From Phoronis australis (Eukaryota; Animalia; Phoronida), in contig NMRA01000310.1 of NCBI GenBank assembly GCA_002633005.1, positions 458,889 through 522,888 of the forward strand: a stretch of DNA of 64,000 nt, in the 5' to 3' direction. This document shows positions 38,101-50,321 of the stretch, piece by piece. The notes under the pieces were generated by a model. It was not told the origin of the DNA. It ran no database searches and was given only the letters and a program-made list of their open reading frames with translations. The position numbers were made by a program, and so were the translations under genes. How positions within the stretch are numbered: position 1 is the stretch's first letter; every line of letters starts with the position of its first letter.

Positions 38101-41100
38101 ATTCATGAACATGTTCAAGAGTCTGTGTTTTCGTTATCGGGAATTTGTATGCCAAGTTTTGATAGGAAGGCATTGAACTGTTGCCAACTTGTTGCATAAA
38201 TTTTCCATCTCGATGCAAGAAATTCAAAGTCTTCAAGGCTGAATTTAAATTCTTTACTACAGAAAATCAAACAGGTTGAGGAGAACACTGGCATTGTTCC
38301 TGACACCGTACTTTTAAACAGCTATCATTATATACAGCGCTGCTGTACTTTGAGCGCAACTGCTGTACTGTTCACTTTAATCCTGCAGTGCTCTATGCTG
38401 CACTGTTATGTAGTGTTTCAATGTGGTGGTATACAGTGCAACAGTGCAGTACTAGGATGTGCTATTCACTTCACCGGCAAATGGTCACTTATAGGGGTCC
38501 CTGATTTTGAGAACCAGTTTTTTGCCTGTTATTCAGTGGAGAAAACTGGTTCTCAAAGTGCGGAACCCCTGTAAATGACTGTTACTCTTTGTGGCACACA
38601 CGAGTACTACAGAGTCCTCACTGGATGTGTTTCAGCTAATAGAGACTGAGCGAGGGGTGGAGTGGAGGATCTCACAGGTGGAGACTGCTGTCTTCTATAC
38701 CAGTAAGCAGGTGGAGAAACTGATAGCAGATGTTGAGGTAGGACACCAGGGGTCTCTGCACTTCAAGTGTGTCATTTCTGAATCTTGTTAAGCTGAGTTG
38801 CAGTCTTTTATTGTTGAGTCGACTGATTAATGCTCAGTCTAATTTTGAATAATTTTGAAGATGTCCTTCATTCAACACATTAGACTAAAACCACAAGGAT
38901 CATTGATTTTCCCAAACCTGTAAAAAATTGTGAAAACGTCTCATTTTTAGCAGATTTTTGAATTTTTTCATTACATTTAGTGTTAGGCATAGATCGTTTG
39001 CCAACTCTCTAAAAACTTCATTGCATCACAAATAATGTTATTCTGTCTGATTGAGTTTAATTGTGGACTCGCTTGTACAATGGCTTTATTTATAAGTGAC
39101 ATACCTTGGCAACGGTAGAAGTTAGTTGACAAATGTTTATTTGCTTATTTTACCAGACACTTTTCACAAATGATTTGGAAGCGGGGAACAGGACCCGTGC
39201 CATGAAAAGATTGAGGGTGCCCCCTCTTGGTGAGAAAGTAAGTCTTGACTCATACTCCCTAATTCTAAGTTGATCCACTGATTTACGTTATTGGTTAATT
39301 GTAATTTTTTGCCGACTTTTGATGGCTTTATCTTTTGGACAATAGGATGTCACAGTAAAGGTATCGAAATTCTAGTGTTATCGAAAATCTGTTCTTGTTA
39401 ATATGCTTTCTGTCTGGTCCACTTTGGTATCTGGTCATTTCTCCGTTCATGGTTTGTATGGCATGTCAAAATAATTCTCTTTTGATTAAACCTTGAAATG
39501 TCTTTGATAGAGTTAAAAGTCTGAGAAAAGTCATGGAATTCTATTAATGTCTTTTTTCTATTGATTGTAGCTGGTTTTTCAACAAAAGTCAGAAATGTGT
39601 TAATTTGTAATGCGCTTAAAGAAAAGTCACAGAATCCTGTTGTCAAGATTGTGTACTAAGTGAATTAAGTGGCGGTGCTCATGTACCTAGTGCTTGACAT
39701 GTTGAATAGTTTACCTTTTTTGTTGCAGGGAAATATTTGGACGACATTCCGAGTGGGCCTTTTCTCAGGAATTTTACTGGTTTTGTTAGTCGTCACTATT
39801 TTGGGCTGTAAGTTGTAGTCAGTAGAATGGAAATTTGCTCAATTTACTTTTCTTTCAAATATCCTTATTTATCTGCCAAGTTACTATCAATTAATCAAAT
39901 CAACATGTGGTGACAAAATTTGGTAATCTCGGAACAATACATCTCAGAAATAGCCTATTGGATTCATATGAAACTTTCAAATGCTGTGATACTTTGTGCT
40001 ATTAGGAATTATTATTATTATTTTTAAATTGTTCCACTTTTTCATGTCTGGCTTGTGGCTTTCAAAAATAGAACTTTTTTATGATTTGGAGGAAAAAGTG
40101 AAAAGTTTCATAAAGTAAGAACAAAATGATAACTTACTAGAAGAATGTAACAACATTTTGAGATTTCATCTTAAACATTGAAGATCAGCATCAAAAGAAA
40201 TATGGTCAATTCATGTTTTGAAAACGCTTTTTGCTTTGATTTTACCTAGTTTCATTTGTGCAAAATTTTGCTGAAAAGATACAGTCTTGTAACCAGTGAA
40301 GCATTAGTGTGTTTAAGTCAAAAAAAAACAAATTCTACTTTATTTCTGCATTTTCTGCTTTCCGAAAATATAATATTTTCCTTAAAATAAATTCTGTAGT
40401 TTTGTAGATATTTGAATGCATGTGCAGTCTTGTCTATGAGGACCTACATAAAGTTACACTTGATTTACTGGATGAAGATCTCACTATAGTTTGTGCTTTC
40501 CTGGAAATACTTTCTGTTGAACATCCCACATTCTACTATCTCCTTTTCAGGCGTCTACATGAATTCAGATCATAAGGAGCACTGGGCAAATGCCGTACGT
40601 TTGTTTCGACCCTCTCTCCTCATCATTATCTTCATCTCTCTGATTGGTGCTAACACGTACGGCTGGAGGTCATCCGGGGTCAACCATGTACTTATTTTCG
40701 AGCTGGATCCACGCAACAACCTGTCTCACCAGGATTTCTTGGAGGTACAGTACCAGACAAAAGTATTATTGTTCTTGGAGGTACAGTACCAGACAAAAGT
40801 AGTCATTCTTGGAGGTACAGTACCAGACAAAAGTAATCGAACAAAATACTGTTAATGGCAAGAATTTCTTGTAATAACTATTATGATAGTACAATTCTAA
40901 TTACAGAGTGGCTTAGCCATGTTACTAACTTTCATGTTCATTCACTTTCGCTCTGTCATGAGGGAATCAAGACTACTCTGATAATGAATTCAGTTTCTGC
41001 TAAGCAGTCATAACGGTGAATTCTGGGTCATTTTGTTTGAATACTTTTGGGTTATGGACATTTGTTGTTCATAAGCTTTAAATAGGCTACCAAGGACTGT

Positions 41101-44100
41101 GTTAGCAATGACCAGACTTAGAACCTTTGATAAAATGAGTCTGTAGTCTTCAGAACGTACCTTTCCTCCTAGATCGCTGGTCTGTTTGCTGTCATGTGGT
41201 CAAGTTGTCTGATCTTCTTCATCTTTGGACCATTGGTCCTACCAGAGGACAACCACATATACATTGGCCCTCTTGCCCTGGCAGGCATCATGTTCATCTT
41301 CCTGTTCAACCCGCTTCATATTCTCCACCATAGAGCGCGCTTCTGGCTACTCAAATATCTGGTAAGTTAACTTTGACCATCTTATGGATAGGGTGAAAGG
41401 TCATGTACTTAGAGGATTCTGGGGTGTCTTGAACAGTTAAGAGTCTTGAGCATTTTGCATCTCAGTGCTTGAATAATGTTTTTTGTACTTCACAGTGCTG
41501 TGCCTTACGTCAAAACCGAGCTGTGGGCTCTTTTGAAGTCCAGGACTCACATCAGTTTTGCCTATTAAGGAAAAATTTGAGACCAGCTTGATACTAATTG
41601 TGATTAGTCTATATAAGTTGTTCTTTGGTGGTATATTGTTTTATATGTGATTTAAACAACGCACCCCAAAAGAATCAGTAGTAATGACATGCTCAGTTAT
41701 TTCCTGTTTATCTGTTTAGTGGCGCAACATCTCAGCTCCATTTTATCACGTGGGTTTCGCTGACTTCTGGTTGGCCGATCAGCTGAACAGTCTGAACGTC
41801 GTGCTGCAGGATTATGAGTTCTTCGTCTGTTACTTTATATTTGAGGTGCCTTGGTGGGGAGACAACAGTGAGTGTTAGCATTATTTATTTATAATGGCAA
41901 GTGAATTATTTGCTTCTCTGTTTTGTTTTGGGTCTTAAAATGCAGTCGTTTTTCAATTATTTATCACACGTTTTGGCCAACAAGTGAAATTCTATCTTGT
42001 CAAATTCCTCTGCAAAAATCAAGATTATTTATAATAAGAAGATTTTAGTCTAATAATTATATGGTTTGTACCGTGTAGATGTTGTTAAATAGCTTTTGGT
42101 TAATTTTCCATAATTTGCAGTAAAGTGATCAGTCTTAATTTGAAAAATGGAAAATGACAATTTTGGCAATTGTTTTTGTGCAAAATAAGATTTACTGTAA
42201 CTTCATTGAAAATAGACATTTTATTGAAACTTCATACTCTATACTCAAAATCTCTTCTTCAAAACACCCCATGTGATAGGTCAAATGTCAAATAGAATCC
42301 TGATTTAGGTTTGTTGTTATTGATCTTAATTGTTGATTAGATGTTGACAATTTTCTTAAAACTTGTCAAGTGCAACTCGGAAAGGATTGCTATCAACAAT
42401 TTAAACTTAAGTTTGTGAATATCGCAGAAAGCCGTGATTATCATTTTGTGAGCACAAACTTGTCATTGCTCTTAATAATCCTCGTTGTTTCTTGTTAGAG
42501 CCTGCCACCTGCCTTTCACCAATATATGGTATTCGTCCAATAATTGCCGTAATCCCCGCTTGGATCCGATTCGCTCAATGTTTAAGACGTTACCGTGACA
42601 CCAAGCTGGTGTTTCCGCACGTGGTGAATGCTGGGAAATACTCAACGACGTTTTTTGTCGTTCTCTTCGCTGCACTGAACGACTGGTATACTGGTATGTA
42701 TGGAATGTATCTATGTCAGCATTTGGACTCTTCCTACCTTTTTCACATTTGGCCTGGTCCCTAATTTTTTATGTGCAAGTAATTGTTAACCAGCCTGTTT
42801 ATTGGCTTAATGTCCACGGGCCTTGAGTTTTTGGCAAATTGCCTGGCTCTTTCTATTGAGGAATGAGACTGCTAGACATGGACACCAGTTTGTGGTTTTG
42901 AGGGGGTGTCAAAGAGGCTGTGTGGGTGAAAGCCAAGAATCTCTCCCTGAATACATGCTAGTGTGAGATTATCAGTTGTCATGGAGATGTCTGATTAATA
43001 ACACGTGTTGGTAGTATTTGCAGGAATCACTCAGTCACTACTTCGCTATAAAAGACACCAGGTGGCTACGCAATGTTGAGAGAACGTTACCGAAATTTTC
43101 CACAAGTTTTGAATTTCGCAGACATTATTTTCTAAGTCAGCAAGCCATCTGTGGCAACATCACTTGACCTAATAATTATTAATCTTGAATTGATAATTAA
43201 ATGTTTGTTATTCAATCTGACTTGTGGTAAGGCATTTTTGTAGGTAATTGAAAATGAATCCACATGTTGGTGATTACTCTGTATTTGATTACAGTAAAGT
43301 ATGGAGAAGCTGTAGAGTCCAAAAATGCATTTTTCGTCCTGTGGATTCTGTTCGCCTTCTTCAGCTCATGTTACACACTTACCTGGGATATTAGGATGGA
43401 TTGGGGCTTGTTGGATAAGAACCCTGGGGAGAACAGGTTCTTAAGAGAAGAGGTCGTTTACAGGTATAAGGTTAGTACACAGAGGGCTGCTGAGTCGTTG
43501 AAAGCAGGTGTTTGTGAGAAGGGGTTGCTTTCACTTTTAAGATGAGTCTACTGAAAACGGTGGAAACATGGCCTGATACCCGATGGAAAGACTCGAACTT
43601 AACTTTGACCTTTTCGTTGAATTTGTGCTTTGCATTGTGATTTACATACTAGAGTAATGTACTCCAAGTTTTGTATGTGATGGTGGCTACATCAACACAA
43701 CAAATTTGAGTTTGAACTCGAAATCTTGTTAGTAGTTATCCGTTGTTTAAGAATGGTTGTTGCATGACGTCAGGTGTATTGTTCAACAATAACAACGTGA
43801 CGCGTGATAATGCGTCGTTGTTGTTGCTATGCAGCGTATAACTTTTATGCAACTGGACCCTGCTTGATGTAATCACTGTGGCCCAAATGAGCAACGCTGA
43901 CCGTTACACGGATAATGTGAGACAAAGGATTGTTGTTGCCACATGTGTAAATCAGAGTTAGGACCAAGTCTATATTACTGAAAGAAGCCCTAGAACAGGG
44001 GAACTAGTGCCACCTATGGTCCATTCTCTAAAAGATATTAACCCATCTACTGCAGCACACAACAAGGTTAACTTAAGTTGCTGTAGTTTATGCTGTTACT

Positions 44101-45684
44101 ATGTCTCAACAGTCTATTTAAATTTTGCCTTGTCAACTGGCTTCCTCGTTGAAAAATCAAACGCTTTCATCTCTGAAAAGTTGTGGAAAAAGTTGCGTCC
44201 TCTAATGTCCTTGTCAGCAACCAGTAATGTCGAAGTAGAGGACTTCCTGTGCTTGTTTGATGTTCAGTAGATGAATGTGTTCATTGTTGTTCGCAGGCCT
44301 ATTACTACCTGGCAATGGTGCAAGATCTTATTTTACGTTTCACATGGACTTTGACAGTCTCAGTCGGTGAATCAGGATTCATCCACAATGAAATTCTCAT
44401 CACAGTGGTTTCATTACTGGAGGTCTATAGGTAAGGACTGTATAGTATAATCGTATATTCACAAACTTAAGCAGGCAATAGTCATTCACAGAGGTCCCGG
44501 ATTCTGAGAACCAGTTTGATGCTTGTTATTCTGTGGAGAAACTGGTTCTCAAATGTGGTACCTCTGTAAATGACTATTACCTTTAGGCGCATATACCTGT
44601 CTGTGAAGCAGTGCGTATAGCCAGAGTTCGATGTATGCCCCTATGTGTGAAATATGATTGAAAACCAAGCAGGCAATTTCAGCAATAGCTTGCGACTTGT
44701 TCGTTGCAATTTGGCAGATTTTAATATTTTTGTAGTCAGCATTAAAACACTGAATTTAAAACATGCATATTTACAAGGAATGGTGCTCTGCACTTGCAAG
44801 AGCAGCTTATGCATTTTTGCCTGTGTATATGAATGCTTGAGCAAAATTTATTTTCTATATGTGCTCATATGCAATGTCAGATTTATGACATCATAAACAG
44901 GGACTTCACTATGATTTCATGGGTCCATTTGTAATCGGTCTTGAGCAGTTTTAGTTAGGTTGTGATCGTTATTTATTGGTAAACCTGTTGGTTATAGATC
45001 AGACAAGATATATACCTGTCCTCTGATGCCAATTTTGTGGGGAAAATTGGCACTGTATGCCAGTAAGTTGTTATTTCCTTGCTGTATATCAATCAAACTG
45101 TGCTGCCACCTTTCAGACGATTTGTGTGGAACTTCTTCCGTCTGGAGAACGAGCACCTGAACAACTGTGGTCAGTTCCGCGCCGTCCGCGACATATCTAT
45201 CGTTCCTATTGATGCTAGTGACCAGACACTACTGGAAAATATGATGGACGAAGAGGATGGAGTGTCAAACAGGCATCGCTCAAAGAAAAAGAAGTAAGTT
45301 TATTGAACATACGGTAAAAGTTTTCCAATTTGTCAGGGCTTGGAGTTTTCCTCATTTAAAGGATTTCCTCTTTTTTAGTTTCCAGCTTCCTTTTTTGCGT
45401 CTCTTTTTCATTATTATTTTGACTTTATTCATGCAAAAACGTTTATTTAGTCAGTAAAATTTTTCAACACAAAAGCTATTTCTTTTATTTGTGGAACGAT
45501 ACATCTCCTGGAAATTTTTCCTTTTTTGTCATTGGTCATTCCAAGCCCTGATATGGAACAGTCAATAATTAGTTATTTTAGTCAAGGTCAAAGCTTGTCC
45601 CAAGTTCTAGAAATGGGTAATATTGACCATCCCAAATTCAAGAATCACCAGAAAGACGGCAAAATTACACACTCTGCAGATTGA
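32092..45684 (+). CDS. XPR1: Xenotropic and polytropic retrovirus receptor 1 homolog (SLC53A1, SPX + EXS phosphate exporter), 14 coding exons, ~691 aa
   Basis: Exons 32092-32160, 36222-36375, 37074-37348, 38636-38737, 39157-39237, 39729-39807, 40551-40744, 41173-41361, 41720-41867, 42499-42693, 43295-43470, 44297-44430, 45117-45293, 45582-45684; all GT-AG with consistent phases; total 2076 nt. Hallmarks: [19 protein letters not shown] lysine cluster [93 protein letters not shown]. Confidence 0.95.
33539..34311. mobile_element. ~770-bp non-autonomous TIR element
   Basis: TATAAAGACTATCGTCAAA at 33539 and TTTGATGATAGTCTTTATA ending at 34311. Confidence 0.6.
34358..34760. mobile_element. ~400-bp MITE with long imperfect inverted repeats
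   Basis: TGTGTGAACT...TCTCAAGATCGC...TGCGTAAACTT versus AAGTTCACGCA...GCAATCTTGAGA...AGTTCACGCACA. Confidence 0.55.
36222..36375 (+). CDS. XPR1: XPR1 exon 2
   Basis: QMKDMLY...[13 protein letters not shown]. Confidence 0.92.
37074..37348 (+). CDS. XPR1: XPR1 exon 3
   Basis: EKLAEAQRK...[10 protein letters not shown]. Confidence 0.92.
38483..38580. mobile_element. MITE family A copy
   Basis: GTCACTTATAGGGGTCC...GAACCCCTGTAAATGAC. Confidence 0.75.
38636..38737 (+). CDS. XPR1: XPR1 exon 4
   Basis: [11 protein letters not shown]...IADVE. Confidence 0.9.
39157..39237 (+). CDS. XPR1: XPR1 exon 5
   Basis: [27 protein letters not shown]. Confidence 0.92.
39729..39807 (+). CDS. XPR1: XPR1 exon 6
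   Basis: [26 protein letters not shown] (TM1). Confidence 0.9.
40551..40744 (+). CDS. XPR1: XPR1 exon 7
   Basis: ...[31 protein letters not shown]; donor is triplicated (see findings). Confidence 0.9.
41173..41361 (+). CDS. XPR1: XPR1 exon 8
   Basis: IAGLFAVMW...[21 protein letters not shown]. Confidence 0.9.
41720..41867 (+). CDS. XPR1: XPR1 exon 9
   Basis: [25 protein letters not shown]. Confidence 0.92.
42499..42693 (+). CDS. XPR1: XPR1 exon 10
   Basis: [18 protein letters not shown]...[10 protein letters not shown]. Confidence 0.92.
43295..43470 (+). CDS. XPR1: XPR1 exon 11
   Basis: [30 protein letters not shown]. Confidence 0.92.
44297..44430 (+). CDS. XPR1: XPR1 exon 12
   Basis: [18 protein letters not shown]...LLEVY. 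Confidence 0.92.
44477..44578. mobile_element. MITE family A copy
   Basis: AATAGTCATTCACAGAGG...CCTCTGTAAATGACTATT. Confidence 0.75.
45117..45293 (+). CDS. XPR1: XPR1 exon 13
   Basis: [27 protein letters not shown]...; AA|gtaagt. Confidence 0.92.
45334..45550. mobile_element. MITE family B copy in last XPR1 intron
   Basis: CAGGGCTTGGA...TTCCAAGCCCTG. Confidence 0.75.
45582..45684 (+). CDS. XPR1: XPR1 putative terminal exon ([34 protein letters not shown])
   Basis: ttttag| acceptor fits phase 2 and gives a total length close to vertebrate XPR1; weakly conserved region. Confidence 0.55.
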
Positions 45685-47720
45685 AAACCTGTCCAGAATT
45701 TGAGAAATTTGGTGAACACCAAAATCTCTTGTCCAATATTACAGAATAAAGAAAATTACATTTTTGAGCAATTTTTTATGTCCCAAATACTAGAGAGACT
45801 TTTTACTGTAATAAATCGTAGAATATTAATACTTCCTCAAACAAACATTTGCTTTGCGTGTAGTTTTGTATTAGAGAGACGGCGACATTGGACACTCATT
45901 TTTGTTCCCCAAGCGTGTTGCCATCAAGAGTCTATAAAGCATAAGATCCGAAAGTTTCATTTGAATCTGACCAGGCAATTGAGGTCATGTTTCTTGTTAC
46001 TAAGTTGAGGATACTAGGAAGAACATCCCTATTAACCACCTGTCAACTTTTGTCCCCATCACTGTTAAATTGTGCAGTTGTCGCAACAGCATACTATTTG
46101 AATTTGAACTCTGGTAAACTCAAAATTACAACCAGTATATCCACTCATTACTATACGCTGCTATGAATTTGCACCTGCCCTGTTCAAATTACTTTACTTA
46201 ATAACCCTAATTCTAATACAGCAGATGACGTATTTGATATTGGGTGAGTAAAAGTAGTATTTGGCTTTGTCATGGTAATTGTTTCTTGGCATGGATGCTG
46301 TGGAAGTATTCAGCTGAAGGTAGAGGGACAGCTGTGTAGTTGAGTCATTGGTCATAAAAAGCATTACGATTTCACCATATTTTGAGTGTGCGTATCTTAG
46401 ATGGAACAGCACTGATGACCTTTTGACCTTAACACCGGATGCATGTTTTTTGTTTAAGTTATTTTTATTATTTACCAGATGTCGCAAGAGATCATATTTA
46501 AAAACTTACTGTTGTGCCTATGTTAATAAAACTGATTCCTGAACTAAAGCTTTTTTAAGTGGTTTAAATTGTAGTGCGACCATCAAATGCTAGTGAAAAC
46601 CCACTTCTATACTGCTGACCTCTGGTGTTGAAAGCTCCTTACAGTCGTGTGACAATAGCATTTGCAATATTACTCAGAAATACTTTAAGCAATCATTAAA
46701 TTTGGATTTGTGAAGATTTTTTTTCACTGTATTTTCATTGTTTTCATGGACACAGTTTGCCAATAGGGGGCGCAGGGTCTGTGACAACAAATATGCAGTG
46801 CTCAAGTTTTGATTGTTATTGAGATGCTATGTGTGTGTGCAAAATCTGAAAATGCCCGAGTACTGTATTTGCATCAAACATTTAAAACCTTCATTTTGCC
46901 TTTACTAAAACACGATAAACAACTGTTGGCATGGTGCTTAGCATGACGTGCGTACCCATTCAAATTTCACTGCATTCTTTGGGAGGCATTAAGATCACTG
47001 TGATAGGTGGTGATGTACACAGGTCAAGTCACTTTGTTGTGTTGCTCAGGTAGGTTAAACAGTAGAGGTCATGATATATCAACAAAGGAGCAGCAGTTGG
47101 AATGTGGATATTACTCTTTTCTTCTGTTCCAGTTAACCGATTTTTGTCATTCCAGTAAAGGAAAAGTTTAATTTTTCAAAAAAAGGATTTAGTTTTTACA
47201 GTCTGCAGTGTTTAAAATAGTTGTGAAAGACTGTTGTCACAAACAGGCAGTGGTTATCACTCATAGCCATGTCTGTTTGTTAATTGCCAACAAAAAAATC
47301 CCATCATAAAAGTCCAGGTTATTGTAAGGAGCATTCATTGATAGTTATCAGTTAGAAATGAGTTGTAGCACGTAATGGCTGCCACAATGACTGCTCTCAG
47401 AGGGCTGTGTAACATTTATCTGTCAGAAGTAAATTAGAATTCAAACTATTATATTGTTTCAATGTTTCACAATAAAACACCATGTATTCCGTAAATTTTC
47501 AGGTCTCAATATTTAACGTGAAATTACCTGGAAATGCAGCTGCTTGAAATGGAATAATCCACCCCTATTGTTTTGTCTAAGGATTTGCACCCCACAGAGT
47601 GTGTATTGAGAATGTCAATAAAGCACCTGTCCATTAAAAGTGAAAATACTAGAAACAGATGTTTTAAATCATATAATGGTTTATTGCTTCTCTGTGTCTC
47701 TTTGTGCCAATATAAATCAG

Positions 47721-49068
47721 GGCCCGGTCTCCAATCTCTGTACTCAGACTCATATTCATACTCGAGATTTCATACTCAAAATCGTGCTCACTGGAGTCGT
47801 ACTCAAAAAAGCGTATCTAATGTCGGATTTGGAGTAGACTCCAAACGTACTCAAATCTGACACTCATACTCGAGTTGCTATGGAACTCTTTATGATGTGA
47901 AATGCAAAATCACGCAAAGCCGCGCTGATTCATCGCTCCCTATTGGAATAGACCACCCCAAGAACTAGGCCTACATTATCGTCTGCTGTCGCTACAACTA
48001 CAAGAGTATGTCTATAACGTGGAATTTTGAGTGTTCTGTAACTGTTATTCATTTTTTAGTTTCAATAAATATTCTTATGCCATTTCTTTGATACACTTGG
48101 CAAATTATTAAGCTTTACGTCTTGAGTTCCTCACCCAGTCCCGAAAATGTCTTAAGAAATATGTAACAGCTTATCACATTACATCTCTGTTGCTAATTCA
48201 GTCTTGACATAAACCCATTGCTGTTTAGGCCTACGCTGATGTCAAACTTTGATACTGTATCTTTGTATTTTACTGGGATGTATCAAGTGAGTTGACATTT
48301 GGCACGTGAGTTAAAAAACAATACTTGTGCAGGCAATCAGAGTTCACCAGTGGCAGTGAACGGGACGAGACGTCTACTTAGAAATCGGCAAACAAAATCT
48401 GGAATTCCGTTTGTGGATTGAGGAATTATAGATGACTAAGTTATGATGAGAAATGTACCTCGTCTTTTGGAAACCCTACAAAACGTAGGCACAAATACCG
48501 AAATAAGGGCAGCACAAACTTCTCACACGACTTTTCCCACAACTGCTTTCGACGCTTGTTATGACTCGCCGACAAAGGATTACAATGCGCCTGTTGCCAG
48601 GAATTGTAGAGGTAGAATGGCGGCCATAACATACAGTGATACGGCGGGTTAATAAGGTGAAGAATAAGAAGATTTAAGATGAAAACTATTATCTCTGAAC
48701 TGAAATTGAAGTGCTGAGATACGGTAAGAGGACTTATTTTTTTAGATTTGCTGTGTTTCTTGGTTCCCTTTCGATATTTTGTTCTCTGGCTCGTATTTAT
48801 TTTCGAGTACTATTTCAAGCACACTGCCATAGCAAACTTGAAATTAGAGCATAGACTCCGAATTTTTACTCAAAATCATACTCGAAATATGGATGAGATA
48901 CACTTCAGTTCGAGTACACTCGAAAACTGAGTACGTGCTCGAAATTTCGAGTACAGATTTTTCGAGTATGACATTGAATACACCAAAGCTGAGTCTGTAC
49001 TCAAGTTGAGTATGAAGTGTGAGTTTGAGCATGATTCGAGTCTGAGTACGGAGATTGGAGACCGGGCC
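47721..49068. mobile_element. 1.35-kb non-autonomous PIF/Harbinger-type element
   Basis: TIRs GGCCCGGTCTCCAATCTCTGTACTCAGACTC / GAGTCTGAGTACGGAGATTGGAGACCGGGCC, subterminal TACTC/GAGTA repeats, CAG TSD on both sides (47718-20, 49069-71), consistent with the CWG TSD of animal Harbingers. Confidence 0.8.
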
Positions 49069-49156
49069 CAGAAACTAATAAAATGTATAGGAATGTCACA
49101 GTGCATAGCTCTCAGTCTCTGGTTGCATTTTGGGATAGTCGATAATTTGTGTAACA

Positions 49157-49867
49157 TTTTTACTTGGCAAAAGAATTTTGCCAAGTATGTTGCTCTGACA
49201 TCGTTTTCTTTATTTGTTTGTTTGTTTGTAGTCTACAGGTTGCATTTTTCGTCTGATTCGCATGAAATTCACACACAACCTCCGGAATAACTCAAACCCT
49301 ATTGTTTTTCATCATGATCGGATTCAAGATGGCAGATGTGGCGGTCATTTTGTTTTTGAATTCAGATTCTAACGCTGATAGAGGCTGCAATTTTTGATGT
49401 ACGTAGCTGAAAATCTATACGATTACTATAGCAGACTTGTACTACACGTGTCATAAATTATGAACTTACGGTCAAAGATGTCGGAAATATCGACAATTAC
49501 ATTTGGACACCTCGATTTCAGGATGAAAAATGCTTTCATTTATCACATTTTAGAAATGTACGTAAAAAGGCCTTTTATGCCAACATTGACGCGTCGATGT
49601 TTTTCAGGAGTGTCTGTTAGTAGGAACTGTCAACTTCGGTCCTGTATTGAAGTTAACATCCGGAATTAAAATCGGTGTCATGATATTCCTTACCATGATA
49701 AGACTTGATTTCCATTACCAACAAGAGCATCAAAACCATCAGCGATTCAAGAGAATGCTTTGTAATGAATTGGGATTGGTCAACCCTAACATTGCGATAT
49801 TGAGCATGACGTATTGCTTGTGACTTGACTTGCCAAATCATGATTGTAGAAGTGCGGTAATGTTTTT
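49157..49867 (+). mobile_element. Helentron-associated (HINE/DINE-like) non-autonomous element
   Basis: 5' TTTT + palindrome TACTTGGCAAAA-GAA-TTTTGCCAAGTA, (GTTT)n tract, 3' subTIR TTGCCAA, degenerate hairpin and TTTTT. Confidence 0.6.
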
Positions 49868-50321
49868 GAACTTGATTCAGTCAAGGAATCAACACTGACT
49901 GCTAAACAGTGGCGAAATACCACTATAAATGTGGACACTGGAAAATAAACTTTTTTGAAAGGTAGATACTATTAAAACAAAATAATGAGAATGTCTCACC
50001 ATTACGAATTATAAATTAATGGGAAAATGTCTGTCTCTTTCATAAAATTGTGAAAATATTGCCTTTTTCTAATGATTTGAGTGGTCTAGGTTGAAGAAAA
50101 AACCCTTAACAGTGGATTATTGCATTGGAGCACTATGCCTCATGGTAATATTGAATTGCTAAAAACAACATTGTATTATCACTAAATAATTTTATAAGGT
50201 TGGTAGAGTACAAATTGATAGTCTCTTATTTTCACAACCAGAAAAGCATAATACCTTGACAATTTCGGCTCCTGTCAGCAGCCATCCTCCGAAGTTATTG
50301 GGCACTAGGTGGCGTGCTGAT

